Part shown: positions 50,095 through 60,173 of the stretch, piece by piece
Layout: each line of letters begins with the position of its first letter
Position numbering within the stretch: the first letter of the stretch is position 1
Virus record (IMG/VR): IMGVR_UViG_3300042691_008788
Coordinates: 32,001-96,000 of that record
Strand: one strand, 5' to 3'
Length of the DNA stretch: 64,000 bases
Origin: a virus
Program-made: the position numbers and the translations under genes
The notes under the pieces: generated by a model
What the model was told of the DNA's origin: nothing
The model's input: the letters and a program-made list of their open reading frames with translations, nothing else
The model's database searches: none

Positions 50095-50400
50095 TTACTC
50101 TCCTGACAACTTGAGGCTTACTGGCTTGACTCCACCCGTTGGCATCACAAGACCCGAACCGAATCCCGTGCTGTACTCGTTTGCCGTATTGTCCTCTGCA
50201 TCGACGCAGTACAGAACCTTATCTGCTGCAATCGTGACCGACTCTTCCTTCGCAAATGGAATCCAAGGAACAAGACCAACCTCGCCCTTGTTGATCATCA
50301 CGATCATTGCTGGCTTCTTGAGAGTATAAGAAGTGCCATTGTCCGTCGTGTTTGCGAGAAGATTCTCACCCGTAACCAATCTAATCAACTTTGTAGCCAT
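50095..50400 (-). CDS. Small Sm-like-fold T4-like hypothetical protein
   Basis: KLIRLVTGE, GL.PW.PF, Y..GFGSGLV.P. Confidence 0.7.
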   Translation of the reverse strand: MATKLIRLVTGENLLANTTDNGTSYTLKKPAMIVMINKGEVGLVPWIPFAKEESVTIAADKVLYCVDAEDNTANEYSTGFGSGLVMPTGGVKPVSLKLSGE

Positions 50401-50432
50401 GATATATCTCCTTTTGTTAGGCTTTCACTTCA

Positions 50433-50460
50433 AGTGTACTGTATTTATGACCATTGTCAA
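50433..50460 (-). promoter_or_regulatory. Overlapping sigma70-like and late promoters
   Basis: TTGACA-N16-TACACT with ATAAATA (50442-50448) inside the spacer. Confidence 0.7.
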
Positions 50461-50469
50461 TGACTTCAA

Positions 50470-51135
50470 TCAAGATTCTTCATCGTAGTTGAACTTAGTT
50501 GCCTTCGATGCACTCCACCTGTCCTGATTCTCGCAGTACCAATTCCGCGTCGAGAATCTGAAGTATGGAGTCTGTAGTTGCGATGTTGGAGTCTGTGACT
50601 GATGCTTCCAAATGATTCTATTGTTGGGCTGTGCAGCGAACTGTCCATTGTCTAACTTTATGATGTTGAAAGACTTGTGTTCATTTGGTGTTTCTGCCCA
50701 TGTCACATTCACCTCATTGGGATCAGATGCACAGGTATCCACGGTGAACAAATAGTAACCAGGTTCCTTCGTTCTATCTTTCATCACAACTTCACATCGT
50801 GCATTTCTCAAACGCTCTTTGCGAATAACAGAAATATTGTATGACATTCCATCCCAAAGTTGCAACCAATCCAAGGGATACAACTTGCTTGGATCAACAT
50901 TCTTGCGCCACACATAGGCATGTAGTGGCAACTTGTCATACACAGCACCGTATTCATGAATCAATGATTCAAAGTACAATGCCTGATTCGGAATAGACTT
51001 CACCGTAAGCCAGTGAGCAGATTCATATTCACCAACACCACAGATTTTTCCATCTTTGTCTGTAAGAAAATCATATAGGAATTCCTTACGAACAAATACC
51101 TCAATTGGTGGAATGTTTGCTATCAAATATGCCAT
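50470..51135 (-). CDS. Conserved phage hypothetical protein
   Basis: MAYLIANIPP..VFVRKEFLY, LQLWD, EHKS.N...LDNGQFAAQPNNR. Confidence 0.8.
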   Translation of the reverse strand: MAYLIANIPPIEVFVRKEFLYDFLTDKDGKICGVGEYESAHWLTVKSIPNQALYFESLIHEYGAVYDKLPLHAYVWRKNVDPSKLYPLDWLQLWDGMSYNISVIRKERLRNARCEVVMKDRTKEPGYYLFTVDTCASDPNEVNVTWAETPNEHKSFNIIKLDNGQFAAQPNNRIIWKHQSQTPTSQLQTPYFRFSTRNWYCENQDRWSASKATKFNYDEES

Positions 51136-51136
51136 A

Positions 51137-53677
51137 TCAGCAGAATAGTCCTTCCAATGTCTGTACTGGTTCTTCCTTCCATCCAAGTACGCCAAGGATG
51201 GTGCGGAGAGGTTCGATGAATGACTTGTCAAACTGCAAATCGTAATCAATGAATCCATCAAGATCAAACTCGGTTGGGATCTTTGATCCGAAGGCAACAA
51301 CCTTCTCATGCAAGGGATTGGGAGTCTTGAGATAGATGAACTTGATCTTGTCTCCCTCGCGGATCTCCCGATACTTACCCGTCAACTTGTTCTTGCGAAG
51401 ATGGTGGTTGAACAGAAGAGAACCCTTCGTGGCGATTGGTGTTCCCTTCTTGTAGACCATCGTGCTGTCCCCATACTCCTTGAGGCCGTTGCAACTTCTT
51501 GGGAATGCAACCTTCTCGGGGGGAAGGCTCTTGAAAACATTCCTGAACGATGCCACAAACTCTTGCACATGACCTTCGTCCTTGTTCATGATGATTGAGA
51601 TTGTTTCCTTGAGGGCGTTCCTGACCACCTCTGGCGTGGACGAACGAGCAGTCTCAATGCCCATGATCTTGAGTTCGGGAACCTTTAGATAAACATTCTC
51701 CTCGCCCATGCGTACATTGAGCATATACCGCTTCTTTGCAGTCCATATACCGCTTGAGGCAATAGACTCCCGCTTCATACGCATCTTATTGTCATAGGCA
51801 TTCATGTACTCAGCAAGAGAATCATATGACTTGTTTATGACTTTCTGAATGGCCTCGTTCGATGCCTTGTCGATGAACTTGGTGATCTTCTCCTCGTCCT
51901 TCTCGTTTGGCATGATCTTTGCCACAAGAGGACCAAGATTCAAATACACAGAGTCTGTATCGATTGCAATCACATAATCGACACCATCAGTCTCCATTGC
52001 CTTGTTAAGATAATCATTGATGGATTTCTCAACCCATCGAACGGACAACTGACCCGACAGAGTGATGGCCTCTGCAATCTCCTCGTCATAGTAACGGAAC
52101 CACTCGTTGCCAACAGCACCGAAAGCAGAGTTCAACTGAATCTTCCGAACCAACTGAAAGTTGTGGTACTTGGAGATCAAGTCAGAAAGATTTTTCCTGT
52201 CTTCGGGTGGCGCGTCAGATGGAAGGTTTTTGAGAGCCGCCTTTGTCTCAAGCATGAGTTTCTTGTAGTGACTTCGTTCACTATACATACGCTCCATGAG
52301 GTGCGGAAGAAATCCCCTAACATCCTTTCGATAAGTTGTACCATTGGCAGCAAGACACAATCCATGCTTGATGGCCTTTTCTCTCTCCCCCATCGCAACT
52401 GGTCTGCCCTGTAGGAGCGTATCAGGCGTAGCCGATCTGCGTATACCGTGCTTGGTCTTCGTCTCGGGGGATAGATTGTACTGCATGATGAGATGGGGGT
52501 ATAGTGAGTCGAGGTCGAACGACACCACCCACTTGTGCATCCCAGTTTTCGGATCTTTGACATACGCACCTTCGAATGAAGCATCCTTCTTTCCTTTCTT
52601 CTTCGGTGGAATGACCACCTTCTTTTCGTGCAAATGATGATAGATGATCTGCTCCCAAGTCCTTACCTGAGAGAAAACATCGTTGAGATTCACCTTGGCA
52701 GAGTAGGCAAGCGACACCGCAAGTTCCATGAGGCGCAACTTGGCCTCAAGTTTCTGCACAAGGATGGTGTCTTGAATGTTGTAGAGTACGAACTTCGTGA
52801 AATCATTCTTGTAGAAGTCAGAGAAGTTGTCATATTCAACATATGCAATCTTAGTTTCGCCAAGTTCTACCTGAGCGATATGCCCCAACTTGTAAGTCTC
52901 GCGGGTGACATATGTGAACTTCTTGTATAGATCATAGTAGTCCAAGGTATTGATGCCCACGATCTCGTAGGTAATGCTATCCTTGCCCATGATCTCGACC
53001 TTGCGTTCCTTGAGTTTACCCCAAGGTGAAAGTTTCTTGGCAAACTTCTCGCCAAAGAGACTAGTCAATCTGTTCACAATGTATGGAATGTCGAAGAACT
53101 GAACATTCCACCCCGTGATGACATCGATGTTGAGGCTTTGCCAAGTCAACACGAAGTCTCCTAGCATCTGCTCTTCGTTGTCGTACAGATTGACAAGCAC
53201 ATCACCTGGCATTTGTGACTTGTCAACCTTGCCAAGAGCATAGGTGTACTTCTTGTGTCCTACGATCAGAGTGATGACATTGATCTTCTCATTGGCTGTT
53301 TCGATGTTGGGAAATCCCTCCTCCGATTCAGTCTCAATGTCAAGATATGCGATCTTCATCGCACTCATGTCATAGTTGATGTCGCCTTGATACTCGTTCC
53401 CAATGAACTGATAGATGTAGTCTGTGTTTCCGTAGATTGGATAATCATTCACATCCTTGTACTTGTCGGAGAACTCTCGCGCAGAATCAATGTCATCAAA
53501 GACAATCGGTTCCACAGTCTTGCCGTCCAAGGTTGTCCACACAGAACTTCTCTTGCTCAAAACGAACAGCGTGGGCTGAAAGGAAGCCTCCTCCGAAAAG
53601 GCGACTCCGTTTTCATACCCACGATGCAGAATGCGATTGCCACGAATGGCGACATTCGTATAGAACTTCTTGCTCAT
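51137..53677 (-). CDS. 43: Family B DNA polymerase gp43
   Basis: DIET, GWN...FD.PY, SFDLDSLYP, KIQLNSAFG, DTDS, KKRY, GIETARSSTP. Confidence 0.98.
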   Translation of the reverse strand: MSKKFYTNVAIRGNRILHRGYENGVAFSEEASFQPTLFVLSKRSSVWTTLDGKTVEPIVFDDIDSAREFSDKYKDVNDYPIYGNTDYIYQFIGNEYQGDINYDMSAMKIAYLDIETESEEGFPNIETANEKINVITLIVGHKKYTYALGKVDKSQMPGDVLVNLYDNEEQMLGDFVLTWQSLNIDVITGWNVQFFDIPYIVNRLTSLFGEKFAKKLSPWGKLKERKVEIMGKDSITYEIVGINTLDYYDLYKKFTYVTRETYKLGHIAQVELGETKIAYVEYDNFSDFYKNDFTKFVLYNIQDTILVQKLEAKLRLMELAVSLAYSAKVNLNDVFSQVRTWEQIIYHHLHEKKVVIPPKKKGKKDASFEGAYVKDPKTGMHKWVVSFDLDSLYPHLIMQYNLSPETKTKHGIRRSATPDTLLQGRPVAMGEREKAIKHGLCLAANGTTYRKDVRGFLPHLMERMYSERSHYKKLMLETKAALKNLPSDAPPEDRKNLSDLISKYHNFQLVRKIQLNSAFGAVGNEWFRYYDEEIAEAITLSGQLSVRWVEKSINDYLNKAMETDGVDYVIAIDTDSVYLNLGPLVAKIMPNEKDEEKITKFIDKASNEAIQKVINKSYDSLAEYMNAYDNKMRMKRESIASSGIWTAKKRYMLNVRMGEENVYLKVPELKIMGIETARSSTPEVVRNALKETISIIMNKDEGHVQEFVASFRNVFKSLPPEKVAFPRSCNGLKEYGDSTMVYKKGTPIATKGSLLFNHHLRKNKLTGKYREIREGDKIKFIYLKTPNPLHEKVVAFGSKIPTEFDLDGFIDYDLQFDKSFIEPLRTILGVLGWKEEPVQTLEGLFC

Positions 53678-53683
53678 GTTGTA

Positions 53684-53711
53684 AGTATACCTCAATGCAT
53701 CAGAGATGCAA
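53684..53711 (-). promoter_or_regulatory. sigma70-like promoter, probably leaderless gp43 mRNA
   Basis: TTGCAT-N16-TATACT, 6 nt before ATG 53677. Confidence 0.65.
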
Positions 53712-54633
53712 GGGTCGTTGGGATTTCTTCTTTGATTCTATTCTCTGCCAACTGAATGTATTCGGGATTCAGTTCTGTCCCAACAAAGTTTCTATTGTTC
53801 TCAAGTGCAACAATAGCCGTGGTTCCCGATCCCGTGAATGGATCAAGGACGGTTCCGCCTTCGGGACATCCCGCAAGTATGCATGGAAGAATAAGATTCT
53901 TTGGATAGACTGCGAAATGTGCGCCCTTGTAACCACGGGTGTTCACCGTCCACACGGAACGCTTGTTCTTCAGCGGATTGTCCTCATCGGGTTTTCCCTT
54001 GAGTCCGTGGTGCTTCAACTTCGGATCAGTTGTTCCGTCACGCATCTCATCGCGATTGCGAGTTCCCCAGTTTCGTGCTGGCTCCTTGATCGCCTCATGG
54101 TCATAGTAGTAGTGCGACTTCTTGGAGAGCAGGAAGATGTACTCATGACTCTTCGTACAGCGATCAGTCACCGACTCAGGCATGGGATTGGGCTTCGACC
54201 AGATGATATCCTGACGCAGCCACCACCCATCTGCCTGTAGGGCAAATGCCACTCGCCAAGGGATGCCGATGAGATCCTTGTGCTTCAGACCCTTCTGTTT
54301 TTTTCGATTGCCTGGAATGAAATCGCTAGGCATTCCACGCTGACCACCAATTGTTTGTGGAGGAGGAGCAACATTATATTGAGCGATATACGAATCACCA
54401 AGATTCAGCCACAGAGTGCCATCAGGACGAAGACAGCGGCGAACTTCGCGAAAGACATCAACCATTGCCTTGACATATTCTTCGACTTCCTGTTCTGATC
54501 CAATCTCACCTTCTCCTCCTCCGTAGTCACGAAGTCCGAAATACGGAGGTGAGGTAACGCAAGTATGAACAGAGTCTGAATCAACTTGCTTGAGTGCTTC
54601 ACGACAATCTCCCTGAATGATTTTGTAGTTCAC
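53692..54633 (-). CDS. N4-cytosine/N6-adenine DNA methyltransferase (beta class)
   Basis: TSPPY, WLNLGD, IIWSKPNPMPES, HFAVYP, LDPFTGSGTT; GTG start. Confidence 0.93.
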   Translation of the reverse strand: MNYKIIQGDCREALKQVDSDSVHTCVTSPPYFGLRDYGGGEGEIGSEQEVEEYVKAMVDVFREVRRCLRPDGTLWLNLGDSYIAQYNVAPPPQTIGGQRGMPSDFIPGNRKKQKGLKHKDLIGIPWRVAFALQADGWWLRQDIIWSKPNPMPESVTDRCTKSHEYIFLLSKKSHYYYDHEAIKEPARNWGTRNRDEMRDGTTDPKLKHHGLKGKPDEDNPLKNKRSVWTVNTRGYKGAHFAVYPKNLILPCILAGCPEGGTVLDPFTGSGTTAIVALENNRNFVGTELNPEYIQLAENRIKEEIPTTLASLMH

Positions 54634-54634
54634 T

Positions 54635-55012
54635 TTAGTATCCCTTGCCTCGGACGAAGTAATGTTCTTCAAACGATGCGAAACCAAAGCATTCCCGCGC
54701 ATAATCAAAGATGATCTTCTTGTCGAAGTTGTTGCAGGAATATACATCCAGCGTGATGAAGTGGGTGGGTTCGATTGAGTGGATTTGAATACCACTTTCA
54801 ATCAGAGGAACCCACCCACTTACACCAGCCTTTGCTGGATAGAGTTCCCTGCCAAGGTGAGTCGGACCATGTATGACAATAGGTTGGCTCATGCGGGTCA
54901 TGCCGATCTTATCGACAACCCGCTCAAGGAAACGATAGGTGAGTTCCATATCGTCTGCTGTGCCAGACCTACAGTTGTACATGTCAAGATAGTATGAATA
55001 TCCAAATGCCAT
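54635..55012 (-). CDS. speD: S-adenosylmethionine decarboxylase proenzyme-like protein
   Basis: GVSG.V.LIES.I.IH, LDVYSC. Confidence 0.75.
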   Translation of the reverse strand: MAFGYSYYLDMYNCRSGTADDMELTYRFLERVVDKIGMTRMSQPIVIHGPTHLGRELYPAKAGVSGWVPLIESGIQIHSIEPTHFITLDVYSCNNFDKKIIFDYARECFGFASFEEHYFVRGKGY

Positions 55013-55279
55013 TTACTCGCGCTCCACCATGTAGATGTGATCCTGATGAACTATGTCAAACTCCTTGTAGTGATTTCCCTTTATCTTGGTGATATCCCAC
55101 AAGGCACGATCTCCAACCTTAATGTCCTCTGTGACTCCCTCACCGACCGCAATCACCTTCGACCACACAAGACGAGAAGTCACCTTCTCGTTGTAGATGA
55201 TTCCCGCATCGGTTGTCTTCTGACCACCGAAGTCCTTGAGCAACATCACATTCTTGCCAACGGGCTTGAGTCCACTCAT
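55013..55279 (-). CDS. GroES-like co-chaperonin
   Basis: LKPVG..V, TTDAGII, VIAVGEGV...IKVGD. Confidence 0.8.
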   Translation of the reverse strand: MSGLKPVGKNVMLLKDFGGQKTTDAGIIYNEKVTSRLVWSKVIAVGEGVTEDIKVGDRALWDITKIKGNHYKEFDIVHQDHIYMVERE

Positions 55280-55659
55280 GAAAGTTCCCTTGTGGTGCAG
55301 TTGAATAGAGAATCGCCATACTGCTTCTTGAGTTGCTTCTCCTGACGATACGCAGAAAGAAGAACGATATAGTTAATGACATCCACAAGCGTGTCATCGA
55401 ATGTCTCATTTGTTACATTCGTCTTTCCTGATTGAAGAATGGATGATAGACGGCTCATCTTATCCGTGAGACGAACCATAAAACCTTGTTCAGTCGAGCA
55501 AATGCCCATGGCCTCAACTCGCGTGAAGTTTGCAAATGGTTCCTTACCGTCGTTACCAGCATAGTCGCGGTTCTTCTTGTCCATCAGATCCCTTGCTTGT
55601 TTGCAAAGGACTTCGTGGTGCTTCAACAGTTCTTCGCGTGTCATGTCACCTCCGTACAT
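55276..55659 (-). CDS. Nucleotide-modification-associated helical protein (DUF1599/Nmad1-like)
   Basis: KKNRDYAG, PFANF, RLTDK.SRL, DTLVD.INY. Confidence 0.7.
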   Translation of the reverse strand: MYGGDMTREELLKHHEVLCKQARDLMDKKNRDYAGNDGKEPFANFTRVEAMGICSTEQGFMVRLTDKMSRLSSILQSGKTNVTNETFDDTLVDVINYIVLLSAYRQEKQLKKQYGDSLFNCTTRELS

Positions 55660-56156
55660 TATTTCACTCCTGTGCTTCCGAATCCACCATTTCTGGTAGT
55701 CTTCTTACCTGGTTTTTCCAAGGATTCGAAGATTACATACTCCAAGTTCTTGACCATCTCTGCCTGAGCAATCCTCATGCCATGCTCAATCGTGATTCTG
55801 TTTAGAGAATCATTCTTGAGCATCACAAAGCACTCCTCGACATAGTCGGAGTCGATTATACCTTCGGCATTCTGAGTTACAAGTCCATTCTTGAAAGAAA
55901 GTCCAGATCGTGGATGAACTCGTACAGAATGATTTTCAGGAATATCGAAGATAAGACCAGTTGGAATCAATACGCGAAACTCAGCGGGGATCTCAACCCT
56001 ATCCGTGCAGTAAAGTTCCATTGGTTCGTTTGTCCGCGTGTATGCCTTGATCTTCTCAACTCCAAGCAAACATGCTGTTAGATCAAAACAAGCAGACTGC
56101 TCGGTGGCAAAAGATGGAATGACAGCATTGGGGTTCACCTTGAACGCTTTCAGCAT
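55659..56156 (-). CDS. dut: Trimeric dUTPase
   Basis: SACFDL, PRSG, GIIDSDY, RIAQ, RNGGFGSTG. Confidence 0.96.
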   Translation of the reverse strand: MLKAFKVNPNAVIPSFATEQSACFDLTACLLGVEKIKAYTRTNEPMELYCTDRVEIPAEFRVLIPTGLIFDIPENHSVRVHPRSGLSFKNGLVTQNAEGIIDSDYVEECFVMLKNDSLNRITIEHGMRIAQAEMVKNLEYVIFESLEKPGKKTTRNGGFGSTGVK

Positions 56157-56174
56157 AATATAGACTCCCTTGTT

Positions 56175-57452
56175 TTAACGACGGGCTTTCTTCTTATTCT
56201 TATTACGATTCATCAGCATGTCAAGACGCTTGCGCTTTGCGGCATCATCTTCCTGCTGCTGAAGCATCTTTTCAGTTGGGCTTTGTTGTGGAGCAACAAC
56301 TTTTTGCCCTTCCATATCTCGCATGGCTTGTACCACCCCACCCATTTCCTGCATCTTTACCTTGTACTGATTGAGGTTTACTTCCATGCGCTGACGCTCT
56401 GTATCGGGGAATGATGGGTTCTTAAGAAGAGATTCACATGCTGCAATACCTTCATCAAACTTATGGAGGAAGAATGCAGTTGCTGCAATCTCATCATCAC
56501 ATTGCCACCTGTAGATGTCCTCATCAATAAAGAGAATATCAAACTTTGGATATGGCATTGTCTTTGCCATTGAAGCATACAGATATGCTAGTCGTGGCTG
56601 ATTTACCATTCTATACATCTTTGCAATCTGATATAAGGGTTCTGCGCGGATGGGGCGATAGTTCCATGACATCAAGAACTTCTCTTTGATTTCCCCAAAT
56701 GTCTTGTTTGTGATGGCCGCAATCATGGCGATTCTGTACAGTGAATAGAAGACTTCTTCTTCCCATCCACCCATCTCAACACGCTTGCGATAAGATGCAT
56801 CTGCCTTATCCCATTGCTGAGAGTCAAAATAAGACTGTGCAAGATAGAATTGGTGGCGGGTATTTGTTGGATCTTCCAACATTGCCTTTTCAAGGACTTC
56901 TGCATCTCTACTGTACTTCTCGACTGGAGAGATACCAACATTTCTTGCTCCACCCATGGTACGAGCGCAGATGTTGTACTTACCTTCCAACTTTACGATC
57001 TTTGGATTTGGCTTTTGGCAAGCCGCATATTCGTGCAGAACGCCCTTGTATTCCCACTTGGCATCCAACTTGAATACTTGATTGCGCCACCAGAAGAAGG
57101 ATCCCCGCTTGATGCGTAGAGCATAACTGTCAATCTCTGTTGTCTGCGGTAGGATCAGTTCGCCTTCAAGATAATCATCGGCATCAATGACCCATGCATA
57201 ATCTGCCTTGCCCTCTGCCGCCTTGAATGCAAGACTTCTATTGTGTCCGAAATCCTTCCATTCATGGTCGTGGATCTCGCCAGGAATACCCTTCTCCTTG
57301 AAGAAGTTGGTGATGATTTCTTTTGTATTGTCCGTGGAACCCGTATCACAAATAACCCAATAGTCGATGTACTTGTATACGGAGTTAAGGCATTCAAGAA
57401 TGATGTGTGATTCATTCTTGACGATCATGCACAGCGTAAGCGTTGGCTTCAT
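56175..57452 (-). CDS. GT2 glycosyltransferase with TPR repeats
   Basis: CMIVKNE, DTGSTD, FGHNR, IDAD, GVLHE, FYLAQSY, RAEPLY. Confidence 0.9.
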   Translation of the reverse strand: MKPTLTLCMIVKNESHIILECLNSVYKYIDYWVICDTGSTDNTKEIITNFFKEKGIPGEIHDHEWKDFGHNRSLAFKAAEGKADYAWVIDADDYLEGELILPQTTEIDSYALRIKRGSFFWWRNQVFKLDAKWEYKGVLHEYAACQKPNPKIVKLEGKYNICARTMGGARNVGISPVEKYSRDAEVLEKAMLEDPTNTRHQFYLAQSYFDSQQWDKADASYRKRVEMGGWEEEVFYSLYRIAMIAAITNKTFGEIKEKFLMSWNYRPIRAEPLYQIAKMYRMVNQPRLAYLYASMAKTMPYPKFDILFIDEDIYRWQCDDEIAATAFFLHKFDEGIAACESLLKNPSFPDTERQRMEVNLNQYKVKMQEMGGVVQAMRDMEGQKVVAPQQSPTEKMLQQQEDDAAKRKRLDMLMNRNKNKKKARR

Positions 57453-57485
57453 AACGAAAAATCTCCTTGTTGGTTCACTTATGTA

Positions 57486-57902
57486 TTAGGGTTTCTTGCG
57501 ACCGATATGGTATTTCGGAACCAGTTCCCAATTGCTCTTGTCCTTGTGTGGGATTATCTTCATCTGAGCAAGGGAAACTATTGGATCTCCAGCCTTCTTC
57601 TTGTCAACCACATCGACAAGACCCCACTCCTCAAGAAGATTGGCAATGGTGTTCCGTCTGCCAATGTCTGTATCATCAATGTCTGTAGGCAGACCATCAA
57701 GAGCAAATAGTTCCTTGAAATGAACAATATAGAACTTGCCTCTCTTGTGGAGTATATGGCAACTCTGATACAACTTGTTTTCTTTCTTAGAGGAAACTCC
57801 TATGCGGGTAAGTGTTTCTCTTACTTTTAGGAAATCGTCCTCTGCCTTTAGTGTCACCTCAAGCAAGTCCTCTGCATTGAGGGAAAGTATTCTTTTTTCC
57901 AT
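57486..57902 (-). CDS. regA: Translational repressor RegA
   Basis: DDFLKVRETLTRIGV, LYQSCHILHKRG..YIVHFKELF, WELVPKY.IG; CTAAATA at 57945-57951. Confidence 0.96.
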   Translation of the reverse strand: MEKRILSLNAEDLLEVTLKAEDDFLKVRETLTRIGVSSKKENKLYQSCHILHKRGKFYIVHFKELFALDGLPTDIDDTDIGRRNTIANLLEEWGLVDVVDKKKAGDPIVSLAQMKIIPHKDKSNWELVPKYHIGRKKP

Positions 57903-57955
57903 ATCGACCTCGCCAATCAATCAAGCATGTGTGAATAACTGAAATATTTAGCATT

Positions 57956-58345
57956 TCAGATTCCTCCACGCATCTCGGATCCCCTTTTGAGGATCTTGGC
58001 TACGGTCTTCTTGTCCAAGGTCGCCTTTATCTCTTCTGCTTTCCTAACGGAACACCCAAAGATATCCATAATCTTTTGGGTAGTCTCTGCATCGTCTTTC
58101 TTTGCCCACTTTGCGAATCTTTTTCTTGGCCTCAGAGAGTGAAGCAGATACTCATACTGCATCTGCTTGTCCAAGTGGCAATGAAGATTCATCTCATTTG
58201 CATACATGATGGAGTCTGCAAACTGCGACAGACCTTTGTTCATGAGATAGGGGGCATATTCAGATGCCCCCCTCCCCTCATCACGGATAAGATTTACCTT
58301 GGTCTGGTTGATGCTGTTGAGAAAGTCGAATGGACTGTCGTTCAT
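57956..58345 (-). CDS. 62: Clamp loader small subunit gp62
   Basis: PFDFLNSIN, Y.PY..NK.LS, ANEMN, RKRFAKW. Confidence 0.9.
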   Translation of the reverse strand: MNDSPFDFLNSINQTKVNLIRDEGRGASEYAPYLMNKGLSQFADSIMYANEMNLHCHLDKQMQYEYLLHSLRPRKRFAKWAKKDDAETTQKIMDIFGCSVRKAEEIKATLDKKTVAKILKRGSEMRGGI

Positions 58346-59289
58346 TTCTTGAACTCGCAGGAAACCATCAGTTCGCTTAGACAGGCCATTGTGTTGATCT
58401 CCTGATCAGCCACGAATGCTGCCTTGTATTGATATTCAGCAATGGTAAGAATGGCCTGTGGGATCGACTGTGGCTCTAGGATGTCATGTAGACCATCATA
58501 GACGGAGCGGAACAAACCCACATGGTCATTGTCGATGTTGCTTGCCACCCACTTGCGAATCGATCCAAACTCCTTCTTCTTCATGAAGGCAATAAGATCG
58601 TTGATCTTGTCCGAAGCACTTGTGCCAAGTATGCCAACATCGATCTTTCCACCCAAGGAATACTTCTGAAGGTCATTGATGAGTCTGCGGAAGTCGGGGA
58701 ACCTACGCATGACAAGTTCAGCAACCACCTTCTGATCATACTCAATGTCCTCAGCATCAAGAATGGCACACACCCGCTTCAGCATCTGCTTGGCGAGTTT
58801 TGGCTTGTCTGATGATGGGATCTTGAAGTCGATGACCGTGCATCGTGAATGCAGAGGCTGAATGATTCGATTCTTGTAGTTGCAAGTCAGAATGAATCGA
58901 CAGTTCTTGGAGAACTCCTCCATAAAACCACGAAGTGCTGGTTGCATAGATTGTGGGTTGGAGTAGTCGAACTCGTCAAGGATGACCACCTTGGCCCCAC
59001 CGCTGAAAGAAACCGCACTTGCAAACTCGCGGATTCTTGTACGCAGGGTGTCGATATTTCCATCTTCAGAGCAGTTGATGAGGATGTAATCACACCTAAG
59101 TTCCTCACACAATGCCTTGGCAACGGTGGTCTTGCCTACACCAGGCCCACCCGACAGAAGCATGTTCTGAATCTGTCCTTGTTTGATTGTTTCCTCAAAT
59201 GTATTCAGAAGTTCAGGAGTAAGGACACAATCTGCAATCCTCTTTGGCCTGTACTTCTCTGACCACAGATATTCATCTGTAGCAAGCAT
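58342..59289 (-). CDS. 44: Clamp loader large subunit gp44
   Basis: WSEKYRP, GPGVGKTT, ILDEFD, HSRC, FPDFRR, FVADQEIN. Confidence 0.97.
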   Translation of the reverse strand: MLATDEYLWSEKYRPKRIADCVLTPELLNTFEETIKQGQIQNMLLSGGPGVGKTTVAKALCEELRCDYILINCSEDGNIDTLRTRIREFASAVSFSGGAKVVILDEFDYSNPQSMQPALRGFMEEFSKNCRFILTCNYKNRIIQPLHSRCTVIDFKIPSSDKPKLAKQMLKRVCAILDAEDIEYDQKVVAELVMRRFPDFRRLINDLQKYSLGGKIDVGILGTSASDKINDLIAFMKKKEFGSIRKWVASNIDNDHVGLFRSVYDGLHDILEPQSIPQAILTIAEYQYKAAFVADQEINTMACLSELMVSCEFKK

Positions 59290-59297
59290 CTTTCACC

Positions 59298-59975
59298 TCA
59301 CTTGGTTTCTGGACGAAGAGCAATCCAATAGGTAACGCCGTTCTTTGCACCAGTCAACTTTGCAACTGCCGATCCGCCGATTTGGAACAAGTAGTCATCG
59401 GGAATCATCTTCAAAAGTTCAATGTCAAGATACACCGCAAAGGTTGATGGAGATTCATTGGTCTTAACCACCATGCTGTATTGATTTGACGAACCGTTGA
59501 TACCGATCTTACGGTCAAATGCAACGATCTTAATATCTGCACCATTGTTCTGAATGCAGATGGTGTCAAGTTGAAGAACGGATGCAGACCTCTGAATCTC
59601 CGTGATCTGATTTGCCGTTAGCACAAACTCTGCGGTCAGGGTTGGCATCTTGATGGTCTTGTCTGCCTTCTCCACCAACTTGGAGTCTGCATAGCAGTAA
59701 CGAACCGTGCTTCCATTTGGAGAATTCACCACAACAAACTTATCGCTGAAATTGAAGTCATAGTCTGGTTCCGAGAACAGACTTGTAGTCGCAATGAACT
59801 TGCCAAGATCGAAGATGGCAAAAGGAGAAGGAAAAGATTCATCGACCTTTGCCTCTGCCATTATGTTCTTGGCTGTAGAGACCGTGCGGATGACATTTCC
59901 CTTGTCCACATAGATGGATGAGCGAATGCCTGAAAAGTTCTTAAGGATGTCAAATGTCTTCTTGCTGATCTTCAT
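59298..59975 (-). CDS. 45: Sliding clamp gp45
   Basis: MKISK.T..ILKNFS.I, F.I.DL..F, YWIAL; position in the 45-44-62-regA operon. Confidence 0.92.
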   Translation of the reverse strand: MKISKKTFDILKNFSGIRSSIYVDKGNVIRTVSTAKNIMAEAKVDESFPSPFAIFDLGKFIATTSLFSEPDYDFNFSDKFVVVNSPNGSTVRYCYADSKLVEKADKTIKMPTLTAEFVLTANQITEIQRSASVLQLDTICIQNNGADIKIVAFDRKIGINGSSNQYSMVVKTNESPSTFAVYLDIELLKMIPDDYLFQIGGSAVAKLTGAKNGVTYWIALRPETK

Positions 59976-59978
59976 GAT

Positions 59979-60173
59979 TTAGTCCTCCTCCTCAAGGTCG
60001 TCCATGAGGTCTTCGTCAATGTCTTCACCACCATTTACCATGTCTTTTACATCGCGCAGATGATGCTTGCTTTCATGTCTGTGTCCTCTGCGTTCGTGCT
60101 TTCGACCGCGAGAGGATGAGCGTCCACCCGCAAATGGGTCGTGATCTCCGTTGTCCTTCCAGTTCCTGCTCAC
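59979..60173 (-). CDS. Small charged hypothetical protein
   Basis: Overlap-coupled ORF; basic then acidic. Confidence 0.6.
   Translation of the reverse strand: MSRNWKDNGDHDPFAGGRSSSRGRKHERRGHRHESKHHLRDVKDMVNGGEDIDEDLMDDLEEED

Noticed and set aside
51137-53677. Inteins or introns in pol, helicase, nrdJ, gp46
   Set aside because: All have normal lengths and contiguous motifs
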